Of a stretch of 64,000 nt of DNA, positions 41,278 to 50,424 are shown one piece after another. Each line of letters begins with the position of its first letter. Position 1 is the stretch's first letter. This stretch comes from Clostridiales bacterium (GTDB lineage: Bacteria > Bacillota > Clostridia > Oscillospirales > Acutalibacteraceae), in assembly GCA_019415945.1 (NCBI GenBank), contig DXYF01000032.1:484-64483 (forward strand). Reading direction: 5' to 3'. The notes below the pieces were generated by a model. That model was not told the origin of the DNA. It did no database searches and was given only the letters and a program-made list of their open reading frames with translations. The position numbers and the translations under genes were made by a program.

Positions 41278-41592
41278 TTATTTCATAAGCCTTTGCAAAG
41301 TATCCAGAAGCTCGTCGATTGTTTCTTCCTTGCCCTCTCTTATATCATTTGCGACGCAGGTTCTTATATGATTTGCAAGCAGCTCCTTGTTAAAGGAGTT
41401 TAAAGCGGAATTTACAGCCGCAACCTGAATCAAAATATCCGTACAGTATGCGTCTTTTTCCACCATTCCTTTTATGCCTCTTACCTGCCCCTCAATTCTG
41501 TTAAGCCTGTTAATGAGCTTTTTGTATTCGCTGTCACCGCGTTTTTTTGTTTTATGGGTACAGCAACAGTTATCATTAATTTTATTGTCCAT
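41278..41592 (-). CDS. csoR: Copper-sensing repressor
   Basis: RLNRIEGQVRGI, YCTDIL, NHIRTC. Confidence 0.9.
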   Translation of the reverse strand: MDNKINDNCCCTHKTKKRGDSEYKKLINRLNRIEGQVRGIKGMVEKDAYCTDILIQVAAVNSALNSFNKELLANHIRTCVANDIREGKEETIDELLDTLQRLMK

Positions 41593-41639
41593 TATTTCAC
41601 CGCCTGAATTTAATATAAAATAATATTTTCTTTATTTAC

Positions 41640-41668
41640 ATAATATACCCCCTATTGGTATTTGTCAA
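41640..41668 (-). promoter_or_regulatory. csoR-copA promoter with CsoR operator
   Basis: TTGACA-17 bp-TATTAT on minus strand overlapping ATACCCCCTATTGGTAT (G/C-tract pseudo-palindrome typical of CsoR boxes). Confidence 0.75.
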
Positions 41669-41670
41669 GT

Positions 41671-41757
41671 AAAAAGTCGAGTGCCTCGACACGGGGTTCG
41701 AGCAGACAGGTTGATATTGTCAACCTTCCCTGCCCGACTGTTTTCCAGCAGTTTCCT
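41671..41757. repeat. Structured ~88-bp dispersed element, copy 1
   Basis: AAAAAGTCGAGTGCCTCGAC...CAGTTTCCT; similar copy at 46862-46949. Confidence 0.85.
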
Positions 41758-41880
41758 ATAAATCTAAAATTAAATGGCTTGACACCTGCTATGCACAGAT
41801 CTCAAGCCATTTTAGTTGCTTAATATTCATTTTTTCAAGTTTTTTCTTAAAACTTTGTCTAACTTTTTTGTGTCACTGCA
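41758..41880 (+). mobile_element. IS3-family (IS150-like) right-end remnant
   Basis: Encodes ...LKLNGLTPAMHRSQAILVA* (IS3 transposase C-terminus pattern), then TGTCTAACTTTTTTGTGTCACTGCA, an IS3/IS150-type terminal IR ending in CA. Confidence 0.7.
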
Positions 41881-41901
41881 CAAAATATGCAGTCCTAAAT
41901 T

Positions 41902-42084
41902 TTATTTCATTAATCCGTCTTTGTCATAGTACTCCTTGTCTGACAGTTCATATTTTTCGTCAAGATTATATTCACTGCTTTTGAACATCCCGCTTCCCAT
42001 GCGGTAGCCGTGATTTGAATTTCTGCGATACACAAGAGCTATCAGTACCACAAGCACCAACAGCCAAAATACAAGCCATCCCAT
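41902..42084 (-). CDS. Small single-TM hypothetical protein
   Basis: RBS GGAG, N-terminal hydrophobic helix, 60 aa. Confidence 0.55.
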   Translation of the reverse strand: MGWLVFWLLVLVVLIALVYRRNSNHGYRMGSGMFKSSEYNLDEKYELSDKEYYDKDGLMK

Positions 42085-42209
42085 AATGATACTCCATAAG
42101 ATTAATAATATTAATATGCAACCATATTACGAGAATTATACTGCTGTTATTTATTTTTGTCAACAACAAAATATATTATTCATACAATACGGTTTGCTGA
42201 TTAATCCTG

Positions 42210-42668
42210 TCAGTCATTCTGAAGTCTTGCAACCATTGCCATAGCTGTAATAAAGCTGATTAAAATATAGAAAAGCAAAGCGAGAAGTGAGCCGTATGAA
42301 ATAAAGTTTAAGGACACTATAGTGAGAATAGAAAAAACTCCGAGCAGACAACAAATTACCGATACAATATTTTTCAGGTTTCTCTCCTTATCAAGTGCAC
42401 AAAAGAAAAATCCTATTACAGGAATTATCGGGAATACTAAAAACAACGGCAGAACTGAGCTAAACGCCTGAGTTTGTGCGGCGTCGGGAAAATTACCTCC
42501 TATGTACCCTATCATATCAAACGCCGTCGCAAAAAATCCTAATTGTGTCTGATCGGGATTAGGTATTTGTATATATGTAAATGTACAAAAAAGTATCTCT
42601 AAAAGATAAAGAACACACTGAGTAATTCTCAATCTTTTTCTTGTTTTATTCTCACGCTTTTTTATCAT
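42210..42668 (-). CDS. Hypothetical membrane protein (about 4 TMs)
   Basis: RBS GGAGG, four hydrophobic segments. Confidence 0.7.
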   Translation of the reverse strand: MIKKRENKTRKRLRITQCVLYLLEILFCTFTYIQIPNPDQTQLGFFATAFDMIGYIGGNFPDAAQTQAFSSVLPLFLVFPIIPVIGFFFCALDKERNLKNIVSVICCLLGVFSILTIVSLNFISYGSLLALLFYILISFITAMAMVARLQND

Positions 42669-42790
42669 AATTATCCTCCAACACACTTAATTTAAAAATA
42701 CATATTTGTATTATTATAGCACAAAATAATGCGTTGCACAATAGAAAAAACTGTGCTACAATATAATTCCCAAATTGACTACGGAGTGAT

Positions 42791-44416
42791 TTGATGAGCT
42801 ATATTAATGAAGCTGTTATTTACAATATTTATCCTCTCGGCTTTTGCGGAGCTCCGAGAGAAAACGACGGCAAGCTTGTTTACAGGCTTGATAAAATTTA
42901 CGATTGTATTGAGCATATGAAAAAGCTGTCGGCAAATGTGCTTGTGCTTAATCCTGTTTTTGAAAGCTCAAGACACGGCTATGACACCATTGATTACAGA
43001 AAGATTGATTGCAGACTCGGCGATAATAATTCCTTCAAACAAATTTGCAACACTCTCCATGAAAACGGAATCAGAGTTATACTCGACGGTGTTTTTAATC
43101 ATGTCGGAAGAGAATTTTTTGCATTTAAAGACATTCAGCAAAACCTGCAAAACTCCCGCTATTGCGGTTGGTTTCAGAATCTAAACTTCGGGGGCAGCAG
43201 TCCCAAAGGCGATCCGTTTTGGTACGACGGCTGGGCAGGTCACTATGACCTTGTAAAGCTGAATCTGCAAAATGATGAGGTAGTAAATTATCTGCTCGAC
43301 TCGGTTAAATTCTGGATAAATGAGTTCGGCATTGACGGACTTCGTCTTGACGCCGCTGACTGCATAGACATTGAATTTTTCAAAAAGCTGAGGTATGTGT
43401 GCAAGTCAAAAAAGCCTGATTTTTGGCTTTATGCCGAACTTACCCACGGCGATTACAACAGGTGGGCAAACAGTGAAACACTTGACTCTGCCACAAACTA
43501 TGAGTGCTACAAGGGAATATACTCAAGCCACAACGACCACAACTATTTTGAGATTGCCCATTCGCTTAACAGGCAGTTCGGAAACGGCGGAATTTATAAT
43601 AATATATACACCTATAACTTTGTTGACAACCACGATGTAAACCGCATTGCAAGTGAGCTTAGAGATAAAAACCACCTTTTCAATGTTTACAGTCTTATGT
43701 ATACAATGCCGGGTGTTCCTTCAATTTACTACGGCAGTGAGTTTGGAATCGAGGGCAAACGCTCTGACCACAGCGACTATGAGCTTCGCCCCTGTCTTGA
43801 CCTTAATAATATTCCAAATGCCGATTATAATTTGTTTAACCATATTGTTAAGCTGGGTAAAATCCGTCTTTCTCTCGACGCCTTAAAGTACGGAAAATTT
43901 GAAAATGTAAACATCATGAATGAAAAGCTTGTTTACAAGAGATATACTGACAATCAAACCGTCTTTGTCGCTTTTAATCTCACCGACCACGATGAAAGAA
44001 TCGGATTTGACACAAGATGCAATGCAAAGCTTACGGATGTATTGAACGGCAATGAAATATTTGATGTAAACGGTTATTATGAGCTTTATATGAAACCTTA
44101 CTCGGCAAGAATACTTGTTGTAAACGACGGAAGCTTTAAGCTTGATTTTAACAGTGCGAAAAATTTACAAAAAACTATGAATCAAGAAACAACAGTTAAA
44201 AAACTCACCGAGGTAAAACCTGGCAGATACCGTCACTTTAAAGGAAATGAATACGAGGTTTTGTCTGTTGCAAAGCACACCGAAACGGGAGAATTGCTTG
44301 TTATTTACAAAAGCGTTGACGGCAAGGATACTTTCTGGGCAAGACCGTATGATATGTTTACGGATATTGTAGATTACAACGGCACAAAAATGCGACGCTT
44401 TGAATTGCTTTCATAA
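42791..44416 (+). CDS. GH13 alpha-amylase-family (cyclomaltodextrinase/maltodextrin glucosidase-like) enzyme with C-terminal DUF1653-like domain
   Basis: DGVFNH, GLRLDAA, AEL, FVDNHD catalytic regions; C-terminal PGRYRHFKGNEYEV...WARPYDMF...RRF. Confidence 0.85.
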   Translation: MMSYINEAVIYNIYPLGFCGAPRENDGKLVYRLDKIYDCIEHMKKLSANVLVLNPVFESSRHGYDTIDYRKIDCRLGDNNSFKQICNTLHENGIRVILDGVFNHVGREFFAFKDIQQNLQNSRYCGWFQNLNFGGSSPKGDPFWYDGWAGHYDLVKLNLQNDEVVNYLLDSVKFWINEFGIDGLRLDAADCIDIEFFKKLRYVCKSKKPDFWLYAELTHGDYNRWANSETLDSATNYECYKGIYSSHNDHNYFEIAHSLNRQFGNGGIYNNIYTYNFVDNHDVNRIASELRDKNHLFNVYSLMYTMPGVPSIYYGSEFGIEGKRSDHSDYELRPCLDLNNIPNADYNLFNHIVKLGKIRLSLDALKYGKFENVNIMNEKLVYKRYTDNQTVFVAFNLTDHDERIGFDTRCNAKLTDVLNGNEIFDVNGYYELYMKPYSARILVVNDGSFKLDFNSAKNLQKTMNQETTVKKLTEVKPGRYRHFKGNEYEVLSVAKHTETGELLVIYKSVDGKDTFWARPYDMFTDIVDYNGTKMRRFELLS

Positions 44417-44475
44417 AATATTAACGGCTGTATCAAAACTGATTGATACAGCCGTTTTCGGTATTGTTATAAAGA

Positions 44476-45042
44476 TTATTTATTATTATTGCAGGCAAAT
44501 GAGTCAAGCACCTCGCCTGCCTTTTCTTTTGCAATTTTCTTAGCCTGTTCACAAACCGATTCTCCGAGATAAAAGCTTCGGTTATCAATACTCCTTAAAA
44601 TCTCCTCAATATGTTTTTGTTCATCCGGCTTTGCATCAGCTATCTTACGGGCACAAGCACAGGCTATTGAAAATTCAGAAATACAGCTTGAATTAAGAGC
44701 CTTGTAATACTTATCTCTTAAATTCTGCCAAAAATTATTATAATCGCACACAAGCAGGTTGCAAATAATTCTCCAAGCACTCAAGCTGTTAACCGAATCG
44801 TTTAGCCCGATTAATTTTGAAATATACCCGATATACGGATAAACAACAAGAGGATTTACCTCGCTGAGCTTTTCAATGATTGACTCTGCCCAAAGATTTA
44901 CGGAGTTTTTGTCATCAATCATAATATCTATAACTACGGGAATAAACAAAACATCATTTTGTGCCAATTCTATATAATATTCATCGGAATTGTGTTTTTC
45001 AAGCTCGAAATAAATTCTTTCAATACTCATAAGAACTCTCAT
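44476..45042 (-). CDS. Hypothetical protein, all-helical (HEAT/ARM-like)
   Basis: 188-aa ORF convergent on a shared terminator (44423-44456); amphipathic helices. Confidence 0.6.
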   Translation of the reverse strand: MRVLMSIERIYFELEKHNSDEYYIELAQNDVLFIPVVIDIMIDDKNSVNLWAESIIEKLSEVNPLVVYPYIGYISKLIGLNDSVNSLSAWRIICNLLVCDYNNFWQNLRDKYYKALNSSCISEFSIACACARKIADAKPDEQKHIEEILRSIDNRSFYLGESVCEQAKKIAKEKAGEVLDSFACNNNK

Positions 45043-45238
45043 TTCGTTATTATTTGCTATATTTTACAGTATTTTTGTCGCATTTTCAAGTTTGGGATTT
45101 AAAAAAAGTTAAAAAATAACATTTTAAGCTAAATTAACACAATCTATTTTTGAACATGGCTTATTGTATAAATATTTGTTTTGCTTTTGTTTGTAATTAC
45201 ACTGTGACGCAAGTTTGTAAGATATAAAATACAATTAA

Positions 45239-45841
45239 TTATTCTATTTTCATAGTTTGCATTTCTTCTTTGGAAATTCCGTTTTTCCTGCCGTAATTTA
45301 TCCAGTAATTAGTAGATGCTTTTACAAAGGTATTTTTTGAAATCGGCATAGTAGTTTTAAATACACCGTAATTTTTGTTTTTAAGTGAAGATGCAAACTT
45401 TTTGATTTTACGGGAAACAAAAAATCTGAACGGCGTTTCTAAAATCGCCTCGCCGCTTCCGATTTTCAAAACCGAACCGAAAGCATATCCGTTTTGTTTG
45501 CAAAAAATCTGCATAATTCTTACTGCCGTATCATTTTGTTCCGGCTCAATAAATCCGCAGTTTATCAAAACCGAGATAACCGGTTTGTTTTTTGGAGAGT
45601 TATTTTCGAGAGTTTTTAAAAAATTGAGAAGTGTAACGGGAATTGAATCGGCATAAAGAGGAAAAACAAATAAAATATGTGAAAACTGCTCGATTTTATT
45701 ACAAATCTCAATATGGTTTAATTTATTAATACTAAAATACTCCGTTTGAAGTTTGCTGTATCTTTGAAATATTTGTGCATATGTTTTTGAATTTGATTTC
45801 GGTGCTCTGGGGCTTGCGTTTAAAATAATTATATTCTCCAT
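45239..45841 (-). CDS. Flavodoxin-like fold protein (NADPH-dependent FMN reductase family)
   Basis: ILNASPRAPKSNS, FPLYADSIP, NCGF. Confidence 0.75.
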   Translation of the reverse strand: MENIIILNASPRAPKSNSKTYAQIFQRYSKLQTEYFSINKLNHIEICNKIEQFSHILFVFPLYADSIPVTLLNFLKTLENNSPKNKPVISVLINCGFIEPEQNDTAVRIMQIFCKQNGYAFGSVLKIGSGEAILETPFRFFVSRKIKKFASSLKNKNYGVFKTTMPISKNTFVKASTNYWINYGRKNGISKEEMQTMKIE

Positions 45842-46344
45842 TTTTTCACCTCGTTGTTTACGGTTTCTTCCAATGAAGCGTCAGTTGTAAAAATCACTTT
45901 GAAGCTTTTGAAATTCATATTTTTTGAATTGCGTTCTACAAGTTTTTCAAAAACCTCTTTTTCCTCCGCTGATATATCGCCGTACGCAATAATCACCGCA
46001 TTTTTCATAGCGACATCTCTCTGCACATGATGTGTTTCACCGTTTAAAAGGCGAATAAACGCCTGTTGAACGGGAATGGCACGCTCAAGCATGGTTTTCA
46101 TTGCAGTATCGTAACATCCGTATTTAACCGAACTTATATACAACACCTCGTCGCTTTTTGCTATGCAGGGATAAACGCCTGCAGCGTCATCTCTTATCAC
46201 GCATTTTCCCGGCGTTTTTGTCCAACAACCGAAACATCCCATGCAATTCGCAATTTTTAAGGTTGATAAATCTATTATTTTTACGCTTTTATCTAAATTA
46301 TCAGCTGAAATATTTAAAGGTCTGTCAGTTAATATGAGTTTCAT
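45829..46344 (-). CDS. Iron-sulfur flavoprotein / flavodoxin-family protein
   Basis: CMGCFGCWTKTPGKCVIRDD. Confidence 0.8.
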   Translation of the reverse strand: MKLILTDRPLNISADNLDKSVKIIDLSTLKIANCMGCFGCWTKTPGKCVIRDDAAGVYPCIAKSDEVLYISSVKYGCYDTAMKTMLERAIPVQQAFIRLLNGETHHVQRDVAMKNAVIIAYGDISAEEKEVFEKLVERNSKNMNFKSFKVIFTTDASLEETVNNEVKKWRI

Positions 46345-46861
46345 AATTCCTCCTGCAAACATAATATTATAACTGCTATGTCATATTATTAGCAGATCAT
46401 AAACAAAACCGATTGCTCATTATACTTAAATTCACTTAAAATTCTGATTTTAGTTTCACCTACGGACTGACACAATTATAACATTTTAATGAGGATTTTC
46501 AACACGATAAACAATAAATTTTACTTCCAAATTGAGGCAAATTTCAAAATATTACAAATAACTTGTCTTTTTATTTATAAAAATAAAATTTTAAATAATT
46601 ATTAAATCATTGTTGAGTAAAACAGTTTAAATAACATCAAACGACCAAAATATTTTCTGCGAATATATGTGTATTTTCCTGATGTTTTATAAAAGACAAC
46701 TTTGAAAAATAGCGAAAAGCTTAAACAGTAATTGTTATATTTAATAAATATTTTTTAATACAACATTAAATATTGCATATATTTGTTAAATATGGTAATA
46801 TATACACAAATTACTGCGAAATATGTTTTTTCAAACTGTAATCACAACAAAACATCAAACA

Positions 46862-46949
46862 AAAAAGTCGAGTGCCTCGACACGCAATTCGAGCAGTCAG
46901 GTTAATACTATCAAACCTTCTCTGCCCGACCGTTTTCGAGCAGTTTCCT
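46862..46949. repeat. Structured ~88-bp dispersed element, copy 2
   Basis: Similar to 41671-41757; TCAAACAAAAAA occurs on both sides. Confidence 0.85.
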
Positions 46950-46955
46950 TCAAAC

Positions 46956-47066
46956 AAAAAAAGGCAACCTTTACGATTGCCTTTAATGTGTGGTGATATG
47001 GGTTTCCACAACCCTACGGCGTATTGCCTTATCTTAGAACTCTGATGAATATTGATAAACTTATAA
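46956..47066 (-). ncRNA. tracrRNA (core); primary transcript probably starts near 47128
   Basis: Anti-repeat complementary to CTCTGATGAATATTGATAAACTTATA of the repeat, then CTAAGAT lower stem, AAGGC-AATAC-GCC nexus-like hairpin, and terminator AAAGGCAATC/GGTTGCCTTTTTTT; upstream TTGACA-17-TAAAAT (47163-47135). Confidence 0.85.
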
Positions 47067-47178
47067 ATCGGTTTAATGTGTTTTGTTGATGAATATTGAT
47101 AAACCTATACATCAAATTCCTAAGTTTCGCTTTAATTTTAATACATAAATTTTATTTTGTCAAGAGAGGTAGATATAT

Positions 47179-50100
47179 ATGAAGTACATTATCGGGCTTG
47201 ATGTAGGAATCGGCTCTGTCGGATGGGCAGTAATAAGAAATGAAACAAACTGCAAGCGTATTGAAGACTTTGGAGTCCGAATTTTTGATTCAGGTGAAAC
47301 AATTGAAAACAACAATCAAAAAAGGAAAAGCCAGATACGGAGGGAATACAGGGGCACACGGAGGCAAATCAGAAGAAGGCATCAACGGAAAGAACGCCTT
47401 AAAAACTTTCTCCAAAATATCGGACTTGTTTCAAAAGAGGAAATCACACAATTTTTCAGCAGAAACGACCACGACATAATTGATATAAGAGTTCGTGCAC
47501 TTGATTCAAAAATTTCTCCTCAAGAGCTTGCCGCTGCGTTACTTTATATTGCTAAACACCGCGGCTACAAACCGTTTTATTACGAAAACGACGAAAAATC
47601 CGAAGAAGGCAAAATGTACGCAGCCGTATCCCTTACATCAAAAATTATAACCGACGGCAATTACCGTTCTATCGCAGAAGCGATAATGAAAGACACGGAA
47701 CACTTTTCAGAAACAACAACAGGCAGATACAAGTACAGAAATTCAAAAAATAAAAAAGACATACTTTTTCCGCGTGAAATGTATGAACAAGAAACAAGAA
47801 AAATTCTGCAAAAACAAAAGGATTATTACAATCAGCTCACCGATGAAAATATTGAAAAAATATTTGAAATCATTTTTACTCAAAGGGATTTTGAAGACGG
47901 TCCGGGTAATGTACACGATACCAAAAGACCGTATAAGGGATTTTCTGATACAATAGGAAACTGCCCGTTTTACACAGATGAAAAAAGAGGATGCAGATTT
48001 ACAGTAACAGGCGACTTATTTGCCCTTGTAAACAAGCTTTCGCAATATAAATATGTGGACATTGAAACAGGCGAGGTTAAAAAACTCCCTGAAAATTTAA
48101 CAGAATCCATTGTTAATTTTTCACTTCAAAACGGGCAGATTACGAAAGCGGAGCTTAACTCCATCGCAAAAAAACACGGTATAGAAATTTTAAATCCCGA
48201 AACTTCTAAAAACGAAAACATTGCCGATTGCTTCAAATTCTTAAAAATTGTAAAGCCGATATTTGAAAAGCATGGATTTGTTTGGAAAGATTTGATTGGT
48301 GATTGTAGTAATCTTGATTCTTTGCTTGATCTTGATTCTCTGCTCAACAGAATAGGTCGCACGGTATCATACAATATAACTCCTTCACGACGAGTTAAAA
48401 GGCTTAGCGATATTGAAAATTTAAAAGGCAGAGATGAGCTGATCACAGATATTGCAAAACAAAAATTCTCGGGAACTGCAAATGTTTCCAACAAATATAT
48501 GACAGAAGCTATAAAGGCGTTTTTTAAAGGAACCCTGTCGGGAGAATTTCAGGCTCAATTTATTAAAAACACAGCCTGTAATTCGGATAACAATCAAAAA
48601 AGTCTTGAGCTTCCGCCGTTTGACCACAATAATGAGTACGCAAAAAATCCCGTGGTTTTCAGAGCGATTAACGAAACAAGAAAAGTTGTCAACGCAATCA
48701 TAAAAAAATACGGTGCTCCCAATGCGATGAATATCGAAGTTGCGAGCGAACTTAACAAAAGCTTTAAAACACGCGATAAAATAAGCAAAACACAAAACGA
48801 TAATGAAAAAAAACGCAAAAATGATGTTAAAGTGGTTGCCGAAATACTCGGTATCAGCGAGAGTGAAGTTACCGCTAAACAGCTTGAAAGATACAATCTC
48901 GGCGAGCTCCAGGATTGGGAATGTATGTACTCGGGCGAAAAAATCACGGACAAAAAGGAAGCAATCAAAAATGAAAATAAAGTCTATGAGGTTGACCATA
49001 TTATACCTTTCTCAAAAATACTCGATAATACACTTAACAACAAAGCACTTGTTCTCGCAGATGAAAATCAGCAAAAATCAAACAGCACGCCTCTGATGTA
49101 CCTTTCGGGCGAAAAAAGGAAAGCTTTTATAAGCCGCGTTAATAAATTATATAAGGACAAAAAAATCAGTAAAATAAAATACGGCTACCTAATGCTCAAC
49201 TCTCTGTCAGACAAAGAGTCGAAAAAAATCCTGAACGACTGGAAAACACGAAATCTTAATGATACAAGATACATTGCTAAATTTCTTGTGGAATATTTCA
49301 AAAATAATCTTAAATTTGAGCGAGAATCGGGTGATGCTGTTTATGCTGTTAAAGGTGCAATAACTTCATCGTTACGCCGTCAATGGCTTAACAAAGAAAC
49401 ATGGGGTAATTATGACAAGGGCAAGCTGAAAAAAATCACATATTTCGACCACGCGGTTGATGCAATTGTAATCGCAAACTGCTTGCCTGAATATGTTATA
49501 ATTGCCGCAGAAAAGAAAAAATTAAGGGATATTTACTATTCGGCAGGCAAAAAAATTAACGATGAATATAATAAAAGCCTTGAAAATTGCGTTGATAGTC
49601 TGTATAGGTTTTATGGTATAAGCCCCGATATTTCAAAAAGTTTGTTCGACAATGTAAAAGAAACTCCCTCGTTAATTAAAAATCTGCGGCTTGAGGTCGA
49701 ATACAGAGTTCGTGATTTTGAACTGATGAGATATTTTATAGAAGGTGCGGAGGAAAAAAGCGAAGAGGAGCTTGAAAAATTGTTCAGGCAGGATCTCCGC
49801 AAACTATACAATGATAAAAATTTTGCCGATTCAATTCAAATGCCGATAATATCAATAAAACCCGAACGCAAATTGTCGGGTGAAGTAGCAAAAGCCAACC
49901 CTGTTAAAAAATCCAAAGCAAAAGACAGCTTCTACATAAAAACTATCGGCGATAACAATACATCCTGTTTGGATAATTCAGCTTATTATTGTGCCGAAGT
50001 TTACACAACAAAGACGGGAACGACAAATCTTTTCGGAATAAGGCGTACGGATATTGTAAGGAAAGACAAAAAGCTTTATCTTAAACCGGACTTTAAATAT

Positions 50101-50424
50101 CCTGAAGATTACGGCCGTCATGTTATGTACTTGTTTAAGGGTGATTACATTGAGATAAGCAAGACAAATAAAAAAACGAACACGGAAAAAATAAAAAGGA
50201 GGGGTTTTTACCTTTCCATAAAATCCGCAAACCAAAATTGTATATATATCACAAAAGGAAACAGCAGCAGAAAATTAAACAATGTTAAAGAGAACGAAAC
50301 TTGTACAATTGCTCAAAAAGACAGAATAAGAAAATATTATATTGATATTCTCGGTAAAAAAGGCGGTGAAATAAAAGAATGTGGAGAACCATTATCGTTA
50401 CTTCCGGAGAACGGCTCAATATAA
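47179..50424 (+). CDS. cas9: Type II-C Cas9 (1081 aa)
   Basis: RuvC-I GLDVGIGSVGW, Arg-rich bridge helix, RuvC-II NIEVASE, HNH EVDHIIP...NNK...ENQQK, RuvC-III HAVDA. Confidence 0.97.
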   Translation: MKYIIGLDVGIGSVGWAVIRNETNCKRIEDFGVRIFDSGETIENNNQKRKSQIRREYRGTRRQIRRRHQRKERLKNFLQNIGLVSKEEITQFFSRNDHDIIDIRVRALDSKISPQELAAALLYIAKHRGYKPFYYENDEKSEEGKMYAAVSLTSKIITDGNYRSIAEAIMKDTEHFSETTTGRYKYRNSKNKKDILFPREMYEQETRKILQKQKDYYNQLTDENIEKIFEIIFTQRDFEDGPGNVHDTKRPYKGFSDTIGNCPFYTDEKRGCRFTVTGDLFALVNKLSQYKYVDIETGEVKKLPENLTESIVNFSLQNGQITKAELNSIAKKHGIEILNPETSKNENIADCFKFLKIVKPIFEKHGFVWKDLIGDCSNLDSLLDLDSLLNRIGRTVSYNITPSRRVKRLSDIENLKGRDELITDIAKQKFSGTANVSNKYMTEAIKAFFKGTLSGEFQAQFIKNTACNSDNNQKSLELPPFDHNNEYAKNPVVFRAINETRKVVNAIIKKYGAPNAMNIEVASELNKSFKTRDKISKTQNDNEKKRKNDVKVVAEILGISESEVTAKQLERYNLGELQDWECMYSGEKITDKKEAIKNENKVYEVDHIIPFSKILDNTLNNKALVLADENQQKSNSTPLMYLSGEKRKAFISRVNKLYKDKKISKIKYGYLMLNSLSDKESKKILNDWKTRNLNDTRYIAKFLVEYFKNNLKFERESGDAVYAVKGAITSSLRRQWLNKETWGNYDKGKLKKITYFDHAVDAIVIANCLPEYVIIAAEKKKLRDIYYSAGKKINDEYNKSLENCVDSLYRFYGISPDISKSLFDNVKETPSLIKNLRLEVEYRVRDFELMRYFIEGAEEKSEEELEKLFRQDLRKLYNDKNFADSIQMPIISIKPERKLSGEVAKANPVKKSKAKDSFYIKTIGDNNTSCLDNSAYYCAEVYTTKTGTTNLFGIRRTDIVRKDKKLYLKPDFKYPEDYGRHVMYLFKGDYIEISKTNKKTNTEKIKRRGFYLSIKSANQNCIYITKGNSSRKLNNVKENETCTIAQKDRIRKYYIDILGKKGGEIKECGEPLSLLPENGSI

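Noticed and set aside
41902..45042. Small unknown ORFs near cas9 as anti-CRISPR or Cas accessory genes
   Set aside because: No aca-like HTH partner, no operon link to cas genes and no motif support.
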